DNA of 42,128 nt. Source: Rotaria socialis. Lineage: Eukaryota. Positions 12,901 to 24,684 of the stretch are shown piece after piece. The position numbers and the translations under genes are program-made. Numbering within the stretch: the stretch's first letter is position 1; every line of letters begins with the position of its first letter. The DNA is taken from assembly GCA_905331295.1 (NCBI GenBank), contig CAJNYD010000550.1, positions 174,606-216,733 of the forward strand, written 5' to 3'. The notes under the pieces are model-generated. The model saw only the letters and a program-made list of their open reading frames with translations. It did no database searches and had not been told where the DNA came from.

Positions 12901-13223
12901 ACTGGTACCAACATCACACTGAAAATCAAAATTTATGAAATTTTGAGAAAAAAATATATTTATTACGCTGAAGAACCTACTTTAATAGTTCCTTCAGTTT
13001 CATCGAGATGAAATTGAAGATTTATTGGCGATAATAATTGTGCATTGACTTGTTCAAGAGCAAAATGTATTGATGGGTAATGTGAATTTGTAAATAAGCC
13101 ATTGAGAGTAATACGCTGTCGATTAGCATTTAGATGATGATGACCATAATAATTATTGGCAAGTACAGAATAGACTAACACAAAAATATGAACCAAAAAT
13201 AATCGAAATGGTTTGGTGCCCAT
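6975..13223 (-). CDS. GABA-B receptor-like class C GPCR, closer to subunit 2; multi-exon (about 20 exons)
   Basis: Signal peptide in exon 1 (13223-12981). Venus-flytrap exons 12918-12778 (CDVG..ACQTV) and 12728-12558 (ISF..KDRYPYFYHIVPSD..FNWTRFG), followed by VRIIIANF..ARHMFC and YGSRYQWII. 7TM hallmarks IRMSSPTLNNIILCGCMLAY, LAFGSMFSKTWRVH, SWKTRHVTMPALNDSRYIG and CLVFVPK. Coiled-coil-like and acidic C-tail. Stop at 6975-6977. Some internal boundaries are approximate. Confidence 0.9.
7432..7497. repeat. Coding trinucleotide repeats ((CTT)n/(CGT)n on +) encoding an Asp/Glu tract in the receptor C-tail
   Basis: The minus strand reads GACGAAGAAGATGATGAGGATGACGACGACGACGACGACGAAGAAGAAGAA inside a GT/AG-bounded exon. 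Confidence 0.75.
11283..11923. mobile_element. MULE-like MITE inside the 1.9-kb intron (10657-12557) of the GABA-B-like gene
   Basis: About 40-bp imperfect TIR: left GATTATCTGGAATTTGGCCGAGAGTAAAAATGTCGAAAA versus reverse complement of the right end GGTAAACTTGAATTTGGTCGAAAGTAAAAATGTCGAAAA. ATTAA flanks both sides. Shares the AGTAAAAA(A)TGTCGAAAA motif with 5929-6133. Confidence 0.72.
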
Positions 13224-13792
13224 TCATGGCGATTCAATTCATCTATATGAAGAACAAAAAAGAACAGGAGAAAAGAACAAAATAGTAATCATCATCTCTT
13301 TTTTTACTTAAGTTGAGTAATAGTATTAAATAAATGAGAAAAAAAACATGAATAGATAATATTGAATGAATCGAAACATATTCAACTAAATTCATTCGAG
13401 GATTTTCTGCTTGATCAAATGTAACACACATAAAACAGTCAATGAAGCGGGATAAAAACAAAATAGATCTAGGTAACATAATAAAGAAAGATGTTCAAAA
13501 TATGTTTCTTTTTCTATGTGTAAATGCTTTCACTCTGATTATTGGTTTATAATAGCTTGTACTATGGTATTATCTAAGTTGTTTGCTCATTTTGTTTCTC
13601 TGGCAATTCCTGAAAAAATCTTCCTTTTTTATTCTCTTGTTCACTGATGTATCTCATTTTCTCTTACCATGCAATCAATCAATTGCGAACTAAACAATCG
13701 GAATGAGAAAAGAATGAGAGCAGTGTTTGGACGGAACGATACTCGAAAGAAAAACTGTAAGCGCACTATGTCTCAACTATTAACTCATCGAA

Positions 13793-13823
<31 letters not shown>

Positions 13824-14239
13824 CGAACTCATAGGAAAAAACTGAAGAAAATACACGACTTAGACTACAATTGTTCACTTATCTATAATGTCTGTCTATC
13901 TTACTAATCACTGATGACGCCGTCATTCTCATATACACACACATTCACTCTCACTCATTTTCTGCCTCTTTGTCGAGAATAGCCGTCGGTGTTCTGCTGA
14001 AATGAGCAGAAAGCATGGAAACATTTTAAGAAAGAAAACTGACAAGGAGTTGATGAGAAGAGAGCAACAGCAGGAGACAGAGAGGGAAAAGTCGCCTGCG
14101 CTGTCAAAAAACAACTCTATATTCGCCAAGACAAATCGTATCTTCGTCAAATCGGCTACGCGTCACAACTTGTGAATATACACAAATTTGAATGAACACA
14201 AGTTGTCATTTGATTAACTAATCTTATCGAATATTCAGA

Positions 14240-14282
14240 CACACATATATATGTATATATATATATATATATATGTGTGTGT
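14240..14282. repeat. (AT)n microsatellite flanked by AC/GT (near-palindromic); other (AT)n tracts near 13800 and 15000
   Basis: cacacatatatatgtatatatatatatatatatatgtgtgtg read directly. Confidence 0.85.
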
Positions 14283-16550
14283 ATAAGCGTATGACTTTGC
14301 TTGTATTGTCTTAGTCGTTTAGTTTGACATCTTAATATGTTAGCACTTCTTCTTACATGAAAAGAAAAACCTATAGAATCAAACGTTTAAATCAGTCGAT
14401 CGTTTTCTCAATAACAGTATCGATTGACTTCAATTGGAAAAAAACTCAACGCAAAGAAAAAAAGTAAGAATAAAGACGGAACTCTCTGGAGGTATGGCCC
14501 GTTGTATGTGGCGGTAAAAGAAAAAGAATAAGGAAAGTTATCAATTCTTCGGTAAAACACTCACAAACAAAAAGAACTTAGGAGTATATAACGTTCCTCT
14601 GTAGACAGGCTACTTTATGAAAAACTGAGAGGAAAAAAACTGAGACCCTAACTTATTCAACATACTTATATTCGATGTTTTTTTTATCTCTATCCATTAG
14701 TAATGCATTACTCCAGCGCAAGTGAATCTACGTGCCGATAGAAAGATACTGTTGTTATGATTGCTAAGAAAAAAAGTTCGACTAGATCTATAAAAGAATG
14801 ACAAATAATCTATCTCGAGTTCTTCTTCCTTTTCGTTGATAAAGAAGTGTCACTATGTGTATATGCATGTTATTTTGTAAATAACGGATGACACATAGGA
14901 GTCGAGGAAAACCATTGCATCCGCTCCGACCACTTTATTAGTCGAGTCAAAATCATTTTATACAAATATTTATATAGATACATACATAGATATTATATAT
15001 ATATATATATATATATCACTTTCGCCTCTCAAACAAAAAACTCGTTTCATTATCATAATACTAATGCCTACAGTAATAGGAGACAAAAATACATTCTACC
15101 CAGAGAAGTTCCTATGATAGCGAGAATTTGATATGCTTTTCTAACAATGAAAACATAATACTTTTATTTATTTTCAACATGACAATAATGAACGAACGGA
15201 GTTTCATGATTAGATCGCCGATCAGCCTTCCGGTTTTTAGAAAATGTTTATTTGTCCTTCATCGAAATACTAAACTGATTGCAATAAGACGTCATACAAA
15301 GACGAGATTATGAAACCATATTTTATATTTAATATTCAAGTAAAGATACAATCAACAATCGTCTATAATCCTTTTATATGAAAGAAAAAAATATATATAT
15401 ATATTTGAAAATGCATATAATTATTATTCATGACTGTCTACAAGTTTATTATTCTTAGGAAAAACAACATCGCATATGTTGTAACGATGTTATTTTTCTT
15501 GTCGTGTTTTGATTTCCAATTAAAATCTAGGTGTTAAATATGTATAGAAACACACAAAACAACATCATTTACCGGAAGATTTAATTGCTCGAAAAAGTTT
15601 CTTTTCCTTTTTAAAACCTTAATGTTACAGTTATTGGTAATCTTACTTTATTGTGTAATCGAAGCATATTTCTATGGAAAAAATATTCAAGTCTATGTTG
15701 TAACTATGTGCTAGTAATATTTTTTTGGCAACTACGCTTATTTTGAATCCCTGCAAAGTAGTTCCTTTGGAAGTTTTCTTTCCTTTTCTCTCTCTCTCTC
15801 TAAACAACTATCTCATTAGTCTAAAAATGAAAGTGATTATGAAGGTGTAACTAACTCGGATAGACCATTAATGATATACATATATATATAATCATAGAAC
15901 GATGCTCTAAAAAATCATAGTGGGAAGATAATCAACTGTAAACTACAGACAGAAGATACTTGCCATAGTTTCTAGAGAACGATTAATGCAAACACAAAAC
16001 TTCTCGGTTTTCTACAAATGAAAACTAGAGAATCTATTCTATCTTGAAGGAAGCTCTTTGTAAAGAAGAAAATTATTTTACGTTCATGCTGAATGAGCCT
16101 ATACATCATCGATTGATGCAAGAATGTTTTTCTTCTCTTAGTAAACATAAGTTATCCATCAGATTATGGTAGAGATTCTGGTTGATGAAATAACGCTGGC
16201 AACAGAGCTAGTGACCAGTTTGTTTGTTTTTTAAATTAATTAGCCAATTTGATTACTAATAATGATAAAAACCCCATAGAGTGGTGAAATCGCTGCTAGC
16301 ATTCATTGAATTCGCAGGTGCTTAATTTAGAAACAAACCCCCAACCTAAACAAGTCAAAGCTATTCGAGTTGTGCCACTCAAACATCCAAGTGCACTAAT
16401 TATGGAACTACTAGTTACACCGCTGCTGGTCACTATTGTAATATGTGCACAATTTTCGTAGATGTCACTCGTCTACACTGATTCAATAGTTATTAGAAAA
16501 AAATATATATGCTTGGTAAACTGCTGTGCAATAGAAGTTTAAAATAATTA

Positions 16551-16576
16551 TTCGTTCGTTCGTTCGTTCGTTCGTT
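16551..16576. repeat. (TTCG)6 microsatellite about 190 bp upstream of the CWH43 start codon
   Basis: ttcgttcgttcgttcgttcgttcgtt read directly. Confidence 0.9.
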
Positions 16577-16759
16577 TGTTCACAGAAGATAACTGCACAT
16601 TTTTAATTTTGAGACGTCAATTATTTCAAATTCCATGCATTATGGTTTGAAATTTGAGTCCTATAAAATGATTTGAATGAATGCATCTCTTTTTTTATTT
16701 GCCTGAAAAATGATGGTCTTTATTTTTGTTTCGCTTCATTGATAGAGCGTTCAGTTTAG

Positions 16760-19700
16760 ATGGATGAGAGTGGACTTCGTTCACGGCAAAAAGCAGGAAG
16801 TAAAACTAATGATAAACCTTCGGATCAAGAAAAAGAAAAAATGCTTCTAAAGAATCGAAAACTAGTTGCTGAAAACTATGAATTTGGTGATGCCCAAAAA
16901 TTACCGACCAATGTTCAAGATATTATTGAGAAAAAATTTTTACGTCTATTCATTTGGGAACTATTTTTCGGTAAGATGTCGTTTCGATTGTGATAATTAT
17001 GACAGGTTCTATTTTTCGTATAGGATATATTTTTTGGACGATCTTTTTCGGCATTGGGCCAATGGTTATGTTTTTTCCAATGGTTAAATTAGCTATTGAT
17101 GGTTATGAAGTATTAATACTGTCATTAGCAAGTCCAATTATACTTAATATTTCATTAGTAAATTCTATTGCTGAAGTAAGTTAATTTTTTTTAATTTGCT
17201 AATTGACTTTGTTAATTTTTCGCATAGAGCAATGTCGGAAAATTAGTTATTCGTATTTTCGTAATTATCAGTCTATTATCATTTCAAATCGAAGAACCTG
17301 TAATTCGATTATTTATACTTTCATGCGGTACTTGTGCTGTTATGATTGATCTTTGTACAAGTCTTAATTCACGATATTATGCATATAGGTAAATATTTTA
17401 ATTAAATTTAAGCACTCACCAAAGAGAAAACTCTTTGTTCTTTTGATGTTTAGATCGATTGTTGTTTGGACATTGACAATCAGCTTTTTTTTCTTTCTCA
17501 GTCTTCGTGTTTGTTTTTCAAGTATCATGCCAGCATGGTCGAGTGTTACGGCGAATCTAGTGCATTTTCTCATTGGACTTGTAATGATTGTGGATCAATT
17601 TGGACGTGGTATAAAAGATTCATCTGTGAAATTTTCACACAATCATATTGATGCTTGTTTTCTTGATCTTTAGACAAAACTATGTGGCAATTACTTCCGT
17701 CAATCTCATTCGATTCATCTGCTAAACTTGGTATGTTATCTAATTTCACTCAATGAAAATAACATATTACGACTTTTTCTAAGGAGCCAATCCATTACGT
17801 TCATCATCACGTCAAGATATTTTACAACCAAATTGGCTATTACTTGGTATTGGTTTCGGTTGTTTATTGTTTAATCTTCAATGGGTATTTGCTGATATAT
17901 CAGTGATTAGTCGATGGGCTTCAAATGGTTTTCCTAATCAAGCACTTGATCCTATTCCTTACGGGTAACAACCTGAATTCTCTTGAAAAAAGGAGTTACC
18001 GGTTGTTTTATTTTTTCAAGACTTCTCATTTGGATTGGTTTATTTTGTGGTGTTGTAACAATTACTCGTATAAATATAGTTACAAATCGTTGGTGGGCAT
18101 CCGTAGGTTTCATTGGTTATGGTTTACTATATTTTAGTCGAGGAAATCTTTCATTTATGGGTAAATAAGCAATCTTGCTTTTTTTTGTGCTTCATTCTTT
18201 CTTTTTACCTTCGAAAAGGTGGTGTTGCTTTGAGCGTATTTATTGGATCAGTAATTCCGTTACTATTCGATAAGATAGCGCGTGGTCTTGCGCCACGGAT
18301 TATTGTTATTGCTGCTTTAGCATATATTATTCAAGTTGTCTATGCTGTTTGGACAAGCGCCTATAATTTTGTTCCATTTGGTGGAACATTAACACGAGAA
18401 ACATCACATATTTTAGTGTTCTTTAATTTTCTTGGAATTTATTTTGGAGTTTATACTGCTAGTAAGAAAATGATAACACTAGTTAGTTTTATTCTTACAA
18501 AAAAAATGTGATATTTCTAGAACATAACTTAGGAACCTATATTCGTAGTCATACTTCTTCAATAAGTTTTCCAAATCGTCAAATTTGGTCAGGTGAGAAA
18601 TAGTCTTTAAGTGAATATATTCTTGACTGAGATTCTTTTATTTTAGCATTTGGTATTGCCTTCTTAATTGCATCTACTGGTACATTTTCACGTTTTCTTT
18701 CGTTACCATCAACATCATTAAGTCATACAGAAGATGTTCGCTGTTGCCTTTTTCAATTGTCTAATTTCTTTGTTTTCTTTTATATTAATTAGCCGACTCA
18801 TATTACAGCTGCTGTATGGACAGTTCATTTTGGTTATGATAATAATGCTCGACCGAGTCTTGATCGTGTTGCATCTGTACTTGCCGATACTAGTGAGCCA
18901 AAAAGTCTATAGTTGGTAAAATAATTATGTTTCATTTTCAACTAGATGCGGATGTCATTGGCCTTCTTGAAACTGACACAGCGAAACCATTCTTTGGAAA
19001 TAATGATTTAACTTCATATCTAGGTGAAAAATTACATATGTTTACTGATTTTGGTCCATCAACAAAAGATCATACTTGGGGGTAAGCTTGATTTATGAAA
19101 GTTGAATAGAATATTTTATTTTATTTTTCAGTTGTATTATTCTTTCAAAATATCCAATTGTTCGATCAGTACATTATTTATTACCATCACCAGAAGGTAG
19201 ATATTTGAAATATAGAGATAAATATATTTATCTATTAATCAATACGATTAGGTGAACTTGCTCCAGCTATACTTGCAACAGTTCAAGCAGGCAGCAAACT
19301 AATTGATGTTATTATTGTTCATATGGGCAATGATAAAGATGATTTAGATCGAAAATTACAAGCTGAAAAATTACGAGATATTATGCACAATAGGTTTAAT
19401 ATTCAATTTTTTTGCGACAAGAAAATAGATTGATTCTTTTTTAGTACTAACCCATTGATTTTTCTTGGTTATGTAACATCAGAACCATTCAGTCGTGATT
19501 ATCGAACATTAACTTCTCTTGCAAAAGATATTGATCCAACAGATAGAGACCGATGGTGTGAATATATTCTATATAAAAATTTGATTCGGTATGCTTTAGA
19601 GAGCGATTCTTTTAAATTTTTATCGCAAAAACAATTTTTAGTGTTGGCTATGCTCGAATTACTCATGCAGGACTGACTGATACTGAAATTCAAATGGCTA

Positions 19701-19952
19701 GATTTAAAATTCCAACAAGTAAAAATTTCGCTGACAATCCAATTGTAGTTACTAATCCATCGAGTGTTACTGATCAATCAGTTCATTTTAATTCAAGATT
19801 TGGATCATTCTACAAAGGCCATGGCCGATTTAATACTCATCGTTTTCATATGGACACACCAGTACGTTGATTTATTTGCTGTATTTTATCAAGAAACTAT
19901 AAATTTTCATTTTTAGAAATATTTTCTTCCACAAGATCAAAAAACTAAATGA
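16760..19952 (+). CDS. CWH43: CWH43 / PGAP2-interacting protein (multi-TM region plus C-terminal EEP-fold domain); multi-exon
   Basis: N-terminal [31 protein letters not shown] resembles the start of animal CWH43. Spliced C-terminal motifs [100 protein letters not shown] and [20 protein letters not shown]. The last exon ends [11 protein letters not shown] (TGA 19950-19952). Confidence 0.93.
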
Positions 19953-20347
19953 TTTGGATGAAAACGAACTTTTGACTGTGATTAAAATTATTCTCTCAAT
20001 AATTCATTCATCTTTTTAAGACATTCATGTAAAAAACTTTTCTTAATATATTAAATTTACGTAGTTCTTTTGTTCGATGAGAAACAATTGATTTTCTATT
20101 GCATTTTTTGTTATTCGTCAAATTACGAACGATACAAAAAATATTGACAATGTATGTTGTGTGATATGAAGCAAGAGGACTGATTTATCAAGTGTTTGCT
20201 TTCTTCTGTTGGCATATTGCTTTTTTTGTCTGATAAGAATGAGTAATAAAATAAAGCTTTTTTTGTTCATGGATTCGGAATGTCAATATTAACTTAGTCA
20301 GAAAAGAAACCATATTACTCGACGAGACACACACAGTACAGGTATCA

Positions 20348-21310
20348 TTAAGTATGTGGAACTAATAGACCATAAATAACTGGATCGTTCTTGCATCTGA
20401 GGAGAAAAAGAAGATTACAATAGAAATATTAATGAATCGCTTGTATTTAAAAGTATACCCATTTATAAATTCTTGTTTGCTTAATTTTTTATCACCACTG
20501 ATATCTAGTTTAGCGATGATTTCTTTCGCACGTTTTTTCGGATCCCATTCACTGTTTTGGTCCATTACACCTGCACGATAGTACTAGTAATGAAGCTATG
20601 TTTGTTGATCGAAAACAAAACTGTAATTCAGAAGACATCTTACCATAGCTGATATCCAATTAGTTAATTCTTTTCGATCGATTTTCCCATCATCAGAATC
20701 ATCCCAACTAAATCAAAAGTGAAACTATGAAAAGACTCAATCATTCACGAATACAAACAGATCAAATACAAAGTCCAGTCGTTGTTCTAAATTGCCAAAT
20801 TTTTTTCTAACAGCAATCAATACAAGCAGTTCATTGAAATCTATCGTACCATCATCATTTATATCGATACGATCAAATATTTGCCTAAATACGGTCGAAA
20901 AAGAGTCAATCAACAAATCAATATACGTCGTTGCTTTTACGCAATATCTGCTTCATCATTTGGTTGTAATTTCTGATAATAATCTGAAAATGTCTTTTTA
21001 TCGAGTGTTCCTGACGGAAACTGACGAAGAAAATCCTACAAAAAATATAGAAATTAGTTGATGGAAGAATTAGAGTGATTCCGCAGTACCGCATGCCATT
21101 CCTGAATTTCTATTTTTTAAAATAAATGAAAGTAGCTGATCTCAGTATCTAGCAAACATTTTTTTTTACCTTTTTCAGTAAAGTTGGCATTTGCTGTAAG
21201 TAAATCACATTCTAGAATTAGAAAGAAAATAAGACATCTTAACAATAATTTGCTAAATAAATTCTACCCTTAGGAGTTAAATCCATATGTATTCGACCTT
21301 TTTGTGGCAT
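20348..21310 (-). CDS. Neuronal calcium sensor (recoverin/neurocalcin-family) EF-hand protein, about 187 aa, 8 coding exons
   Basis: Spliced translation MPQKGRIHMDLTPKECDLLTANANFTEKEIQEWHADFLRQFPSGTLDKKTF..., with EF loops DINDDGTIDFNE, DDSDDGKIDRKE and DISGDKKLSKQE, ending EFINGCKNDPVIYGLLVPHT*. All introns are GT-AG. Confidence 0.9.
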
Positions 21311-21467
21311 TACGTTTTTTTTCTGTTATCTTTAACTTGTGATCAAACAAGCATCAATAAAATGAATGCAATATACTTAAAGAATCGAAAGAAAAGTAAC
21401 CTTTGGATTTTTTATATACTGAGGCATTGAATAATACAAGAACGAAAGAAATCAAAATAAGAAGCAA

Positions 21468-21837
21468 CCCATGCCATACAAACCGGATGAAAATCGACGG
21501 TTAACCGGTCCGCTTACCGGCTCCCATTAGTAAAAATTTACCGGAATTCGCCGCGATAAACCGCCGGTTATGATTGATATCGCGGTTACCGCTAAAGAAA
21601 AGTGATTAACCGGTGCGCCCATTATCTGTAACAATAGGAGTATTCCAAATCATCAATTAAGTTATTTTAAACATCCTTTTTCTTTGCTTTTACATGTGAT
21701 AAACATGCTAACAAAAACGCCAGCTTACTGCGACCCTGCCGGTTCGGTTACCAGCTTCCATATCAGTGCAATTTACCTCACGAAGGATAAATATCGCGGT
21801 TTACCGCAAAAAAATGGTCCGGTATTCGCAACATGGG
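21468..21837. mobile_element. CACTA/EnSpm-like MITE with CCC termini and 2-bp TSD (AA)
   Basis: Ends CCCATGCCATACAAACCGG and (reverse complement) CCCATGTTGCGAATACCGG. AA flanks both sides. Dense ACCGG/CCGGT subterminal motifs. Confidence 0.7.
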
Positions 21838-22608
21838 AATAGTAATGTATGACTAGCAGCATTGATATTTATCTGTAATTCAATGAGTCTTATTCCCATT
21901 TTGCTTGTGTTGTAGCATGCTTTGATCTCTTCTTTCATCTGAAGGTATCTTTTCTTGGATCTGTGATCAACGCTCCAGCAATTTGTGGCCAAAGATAAAA
22001 ATGAAAATAAGGCTCATTGCGAAAAACCGGATGAAACAGGCTTTCTTGGTGTAGTAGTAAAATAATATGACATATTTATTCTGTCAACACGACTGTAATA
22101 CGCTAAATATTTTCTCTGGACAGTTTGCGACACAATAGTATTGAAAAATCAATTTTGCTCGACAGAGATGGAACCAGTTTCAGTTCAATAAAGACAATAG
22201 AACGTGATACACGTTCCTTTAATTCAGATTAGTCAAAACCATTTTTCGTCTGTTATCATCTGATTTTCTATGCATGGATGAGAGTCAATCTATGTTTTAG
22301 ACTATGATAGTACTCTTATCTCAGTATCATAATCTGTTGTTAGGATGTACATCATGTTTGGAATACTATTGGGTTGGATGTTAAAAATATCTCGTAAGGT
22401 CTCTTTTCAGCCTTGCTGGTATTTTGAATTGGGTCAACAGAGAACGCGGAATTGACACAACTGGATCCACCTCGATATACTAACTGAAAAGCATAGGTCT
22501 TTTAGAATAGCAATAGTTAGAGACTTAACACACCGCGTTAGGATTTATAACAACTGCAGTATAGAATACAATGCGTTCAGGGGTGACTTTTTGCAACTAC
22601 AGTGCCAT

Positions 22609-24536
22609 CCCAGGTCGAACACTCCGGCCACCGAATCCCGTAGGATACTTTAGGAAATATATGGGGAGTCACCACATCTTGCAGGAAAACACGGGAAATC
22701 GCTGGAACATGGAAGCAGTATACCGGTCAAAAATACAGCCGAACTTTTCCGGGAGATTCCTGCCAAGTTCCGGTGCTTTCTGGCAGGAATCTTTGCTCCC
22801 GGAATCCGGGCCAGAATTCAAAAGAAAATGGTCCGGTCGCTTCCTGCCGGATAATACAACCGAACATTGTCGCAACCGATCGATCCGGACTACTGGATAA
22901 TCCGGGGTTCACAAGGGCTTCAGCACACATTTGACCGAATTCCATCAGATTCCGATGACAAGGACCTCATAAAAAAAATCTCTCATGCAAACGTTCTTTA
23001 ATCACAAGATGAATCAGCTGTACTATTCAGAAACACGCACACCAACCGAAACGACTACGCCTGATGAATAATGGCACATAAGCCAAACCCTCACCGCTCA
23101 AGCGGGTCCACAACTAACATTTCCCCTAACAGCAATCACCCTAAAAAAAATTGTAACCCGAAAACAACAACATCTGACTCACCAATACCCGCACTTACAA
23201 TGATCCAAAACCAACCGACTATACATCATATTCATTAAACACATTACTTATCAACCCGTTTAGTGCGCCATCTTGTTGCATTTCAGTTCTAGAAAACATC
23301 GCCCCAGACATCATTTTGTACCGATCGAAATCATTAAAAATTCATAGAAAATTCATCTGAATCGTATTCTGGAACATCATCACTAACTTTTCATCAATCA
23401 TCACCATTATAAACATCATTCGGGAGTTATCTTGTTGCATAAACACGAACCCAAATCACTCCAAACATAATTTTTGAGGAATCGAAAAATTCACGAAGGC
23501 ATAGAAAATCGTTCAGATAACTATTTTAGCTCATTTCAACGTACCTTTTCCTCGTCAAATAGGATACTAAGACATAGGGAATCGTTCAGAAAATCATTCT
23601 CGATGGTTTCAACGAAGGTTTTCTTCATCGATCAGGGTTTTGAGTGGCATGCGAAAATGATTTAATGGGATATGGAATTTTTAATATCATGTGTATGCAG
23701 CATTCGAGCGTCCGCAAAAGCGTTTGTTGGTTATTTGAAATGATTCTTTTCGTGTTGTCAGATCGAGGAAACACGTGTGTAACGCGTTTTAAATTTTGTC
23801 GAGTTGCATGGGCCAATAAGATAGTGTGAATATATAAGAAGTTTATCTTGCCCTGGGTTATCATTAATTGCTGTGGATTTCGGGTTAGACCAGGAGTTGA
23901 TCGTAGAATTACGTTATATTAGCTGGAGTTATGATAAGTGAGTTGAGTATGATTCATTTGGGTCGATAACTTCGCTCAGTATCAGTAAATACTTAATCGT
24001 ATTGCTGATGTGGATTGAATTTTCATAAATAAACTATTGGATGAACCATAATTTTAATTCATGCTTTTCATCGGTTGTGTGAGCTGTTAACTAAGGGTCG
24101 GAATAGATCACAAGATCTTCCTTTAGCATCTGGTAATTAGTTGTAGATGTTGTCGGTCAGATCTGTGTTGTAGTAAGTGGCTTAATCCGGTGAGTAGGAC
24201 GGTTCCGTTCTGATATGATCAGATGTGTTCCGGTGATACTGATTAAGCCGGATCTACCATGAAAGCGAGCGTCATGCGGCACGGCGGATTCCGGTAAAGT
24301 TTCGTTACCGGATATTGTCGGATCACGTCGTATACGGCTCAATCGTATCATCTGACCTGATATTTTCCGGCAATGTAAATCTGGCCGGTTCTTGGAGAAT
24401 CTGGTAACCAGATTTGATAAGAAAACAAAGAAAATCATCGGAATTCACCAGAAATTAACCGACCGAATCCGGTCACCATGTTACATCGGAATTATAACCC
24501 GCCCGACAAGAACCGACTGATCGATAATGTCCTGGG
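22609..24536. mobile_element. Larger CCCAGG-terminated non-autonomous CACTA/EnSpm-like element (the two ends may belong to separate insertions)
   Basis: Left end CCCAGGTCGAACACTCCGG, right end ...GTCCTGGG. About 350-400 bp CCGG/TCCGG-rich blocks at both ends. Flanks AT and TT do not form a perfect TSD. No intact ORF. Confidence 0.55.
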
Positions 24537-24684
24537 TTATTCATGTTAAGGATTAAACATGATTATTATTTTTCAAGGAAATTAACTTAAACTTGAGCTA
24601 CGATAAATTAAATTTAATATCTAATTTTTAAATAACATGGATCTTATTTTTCGTGGACATTTCAAGTCTAGCCATTGTTTTACC

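Noticed and set aside
22571..22945. Overlapping 68-109 aa ORFs
   Set aside because: By-products of GC-rich MITE subterminal repeats; no domain features.
23055..23115. Hammerhead-ribozyme-like string CTGATGA..GGC/GCC..AAACCC..GGGTC
   Set aside because: Extra nucleotides before stem II, no GAAA, and no stem I pairing.
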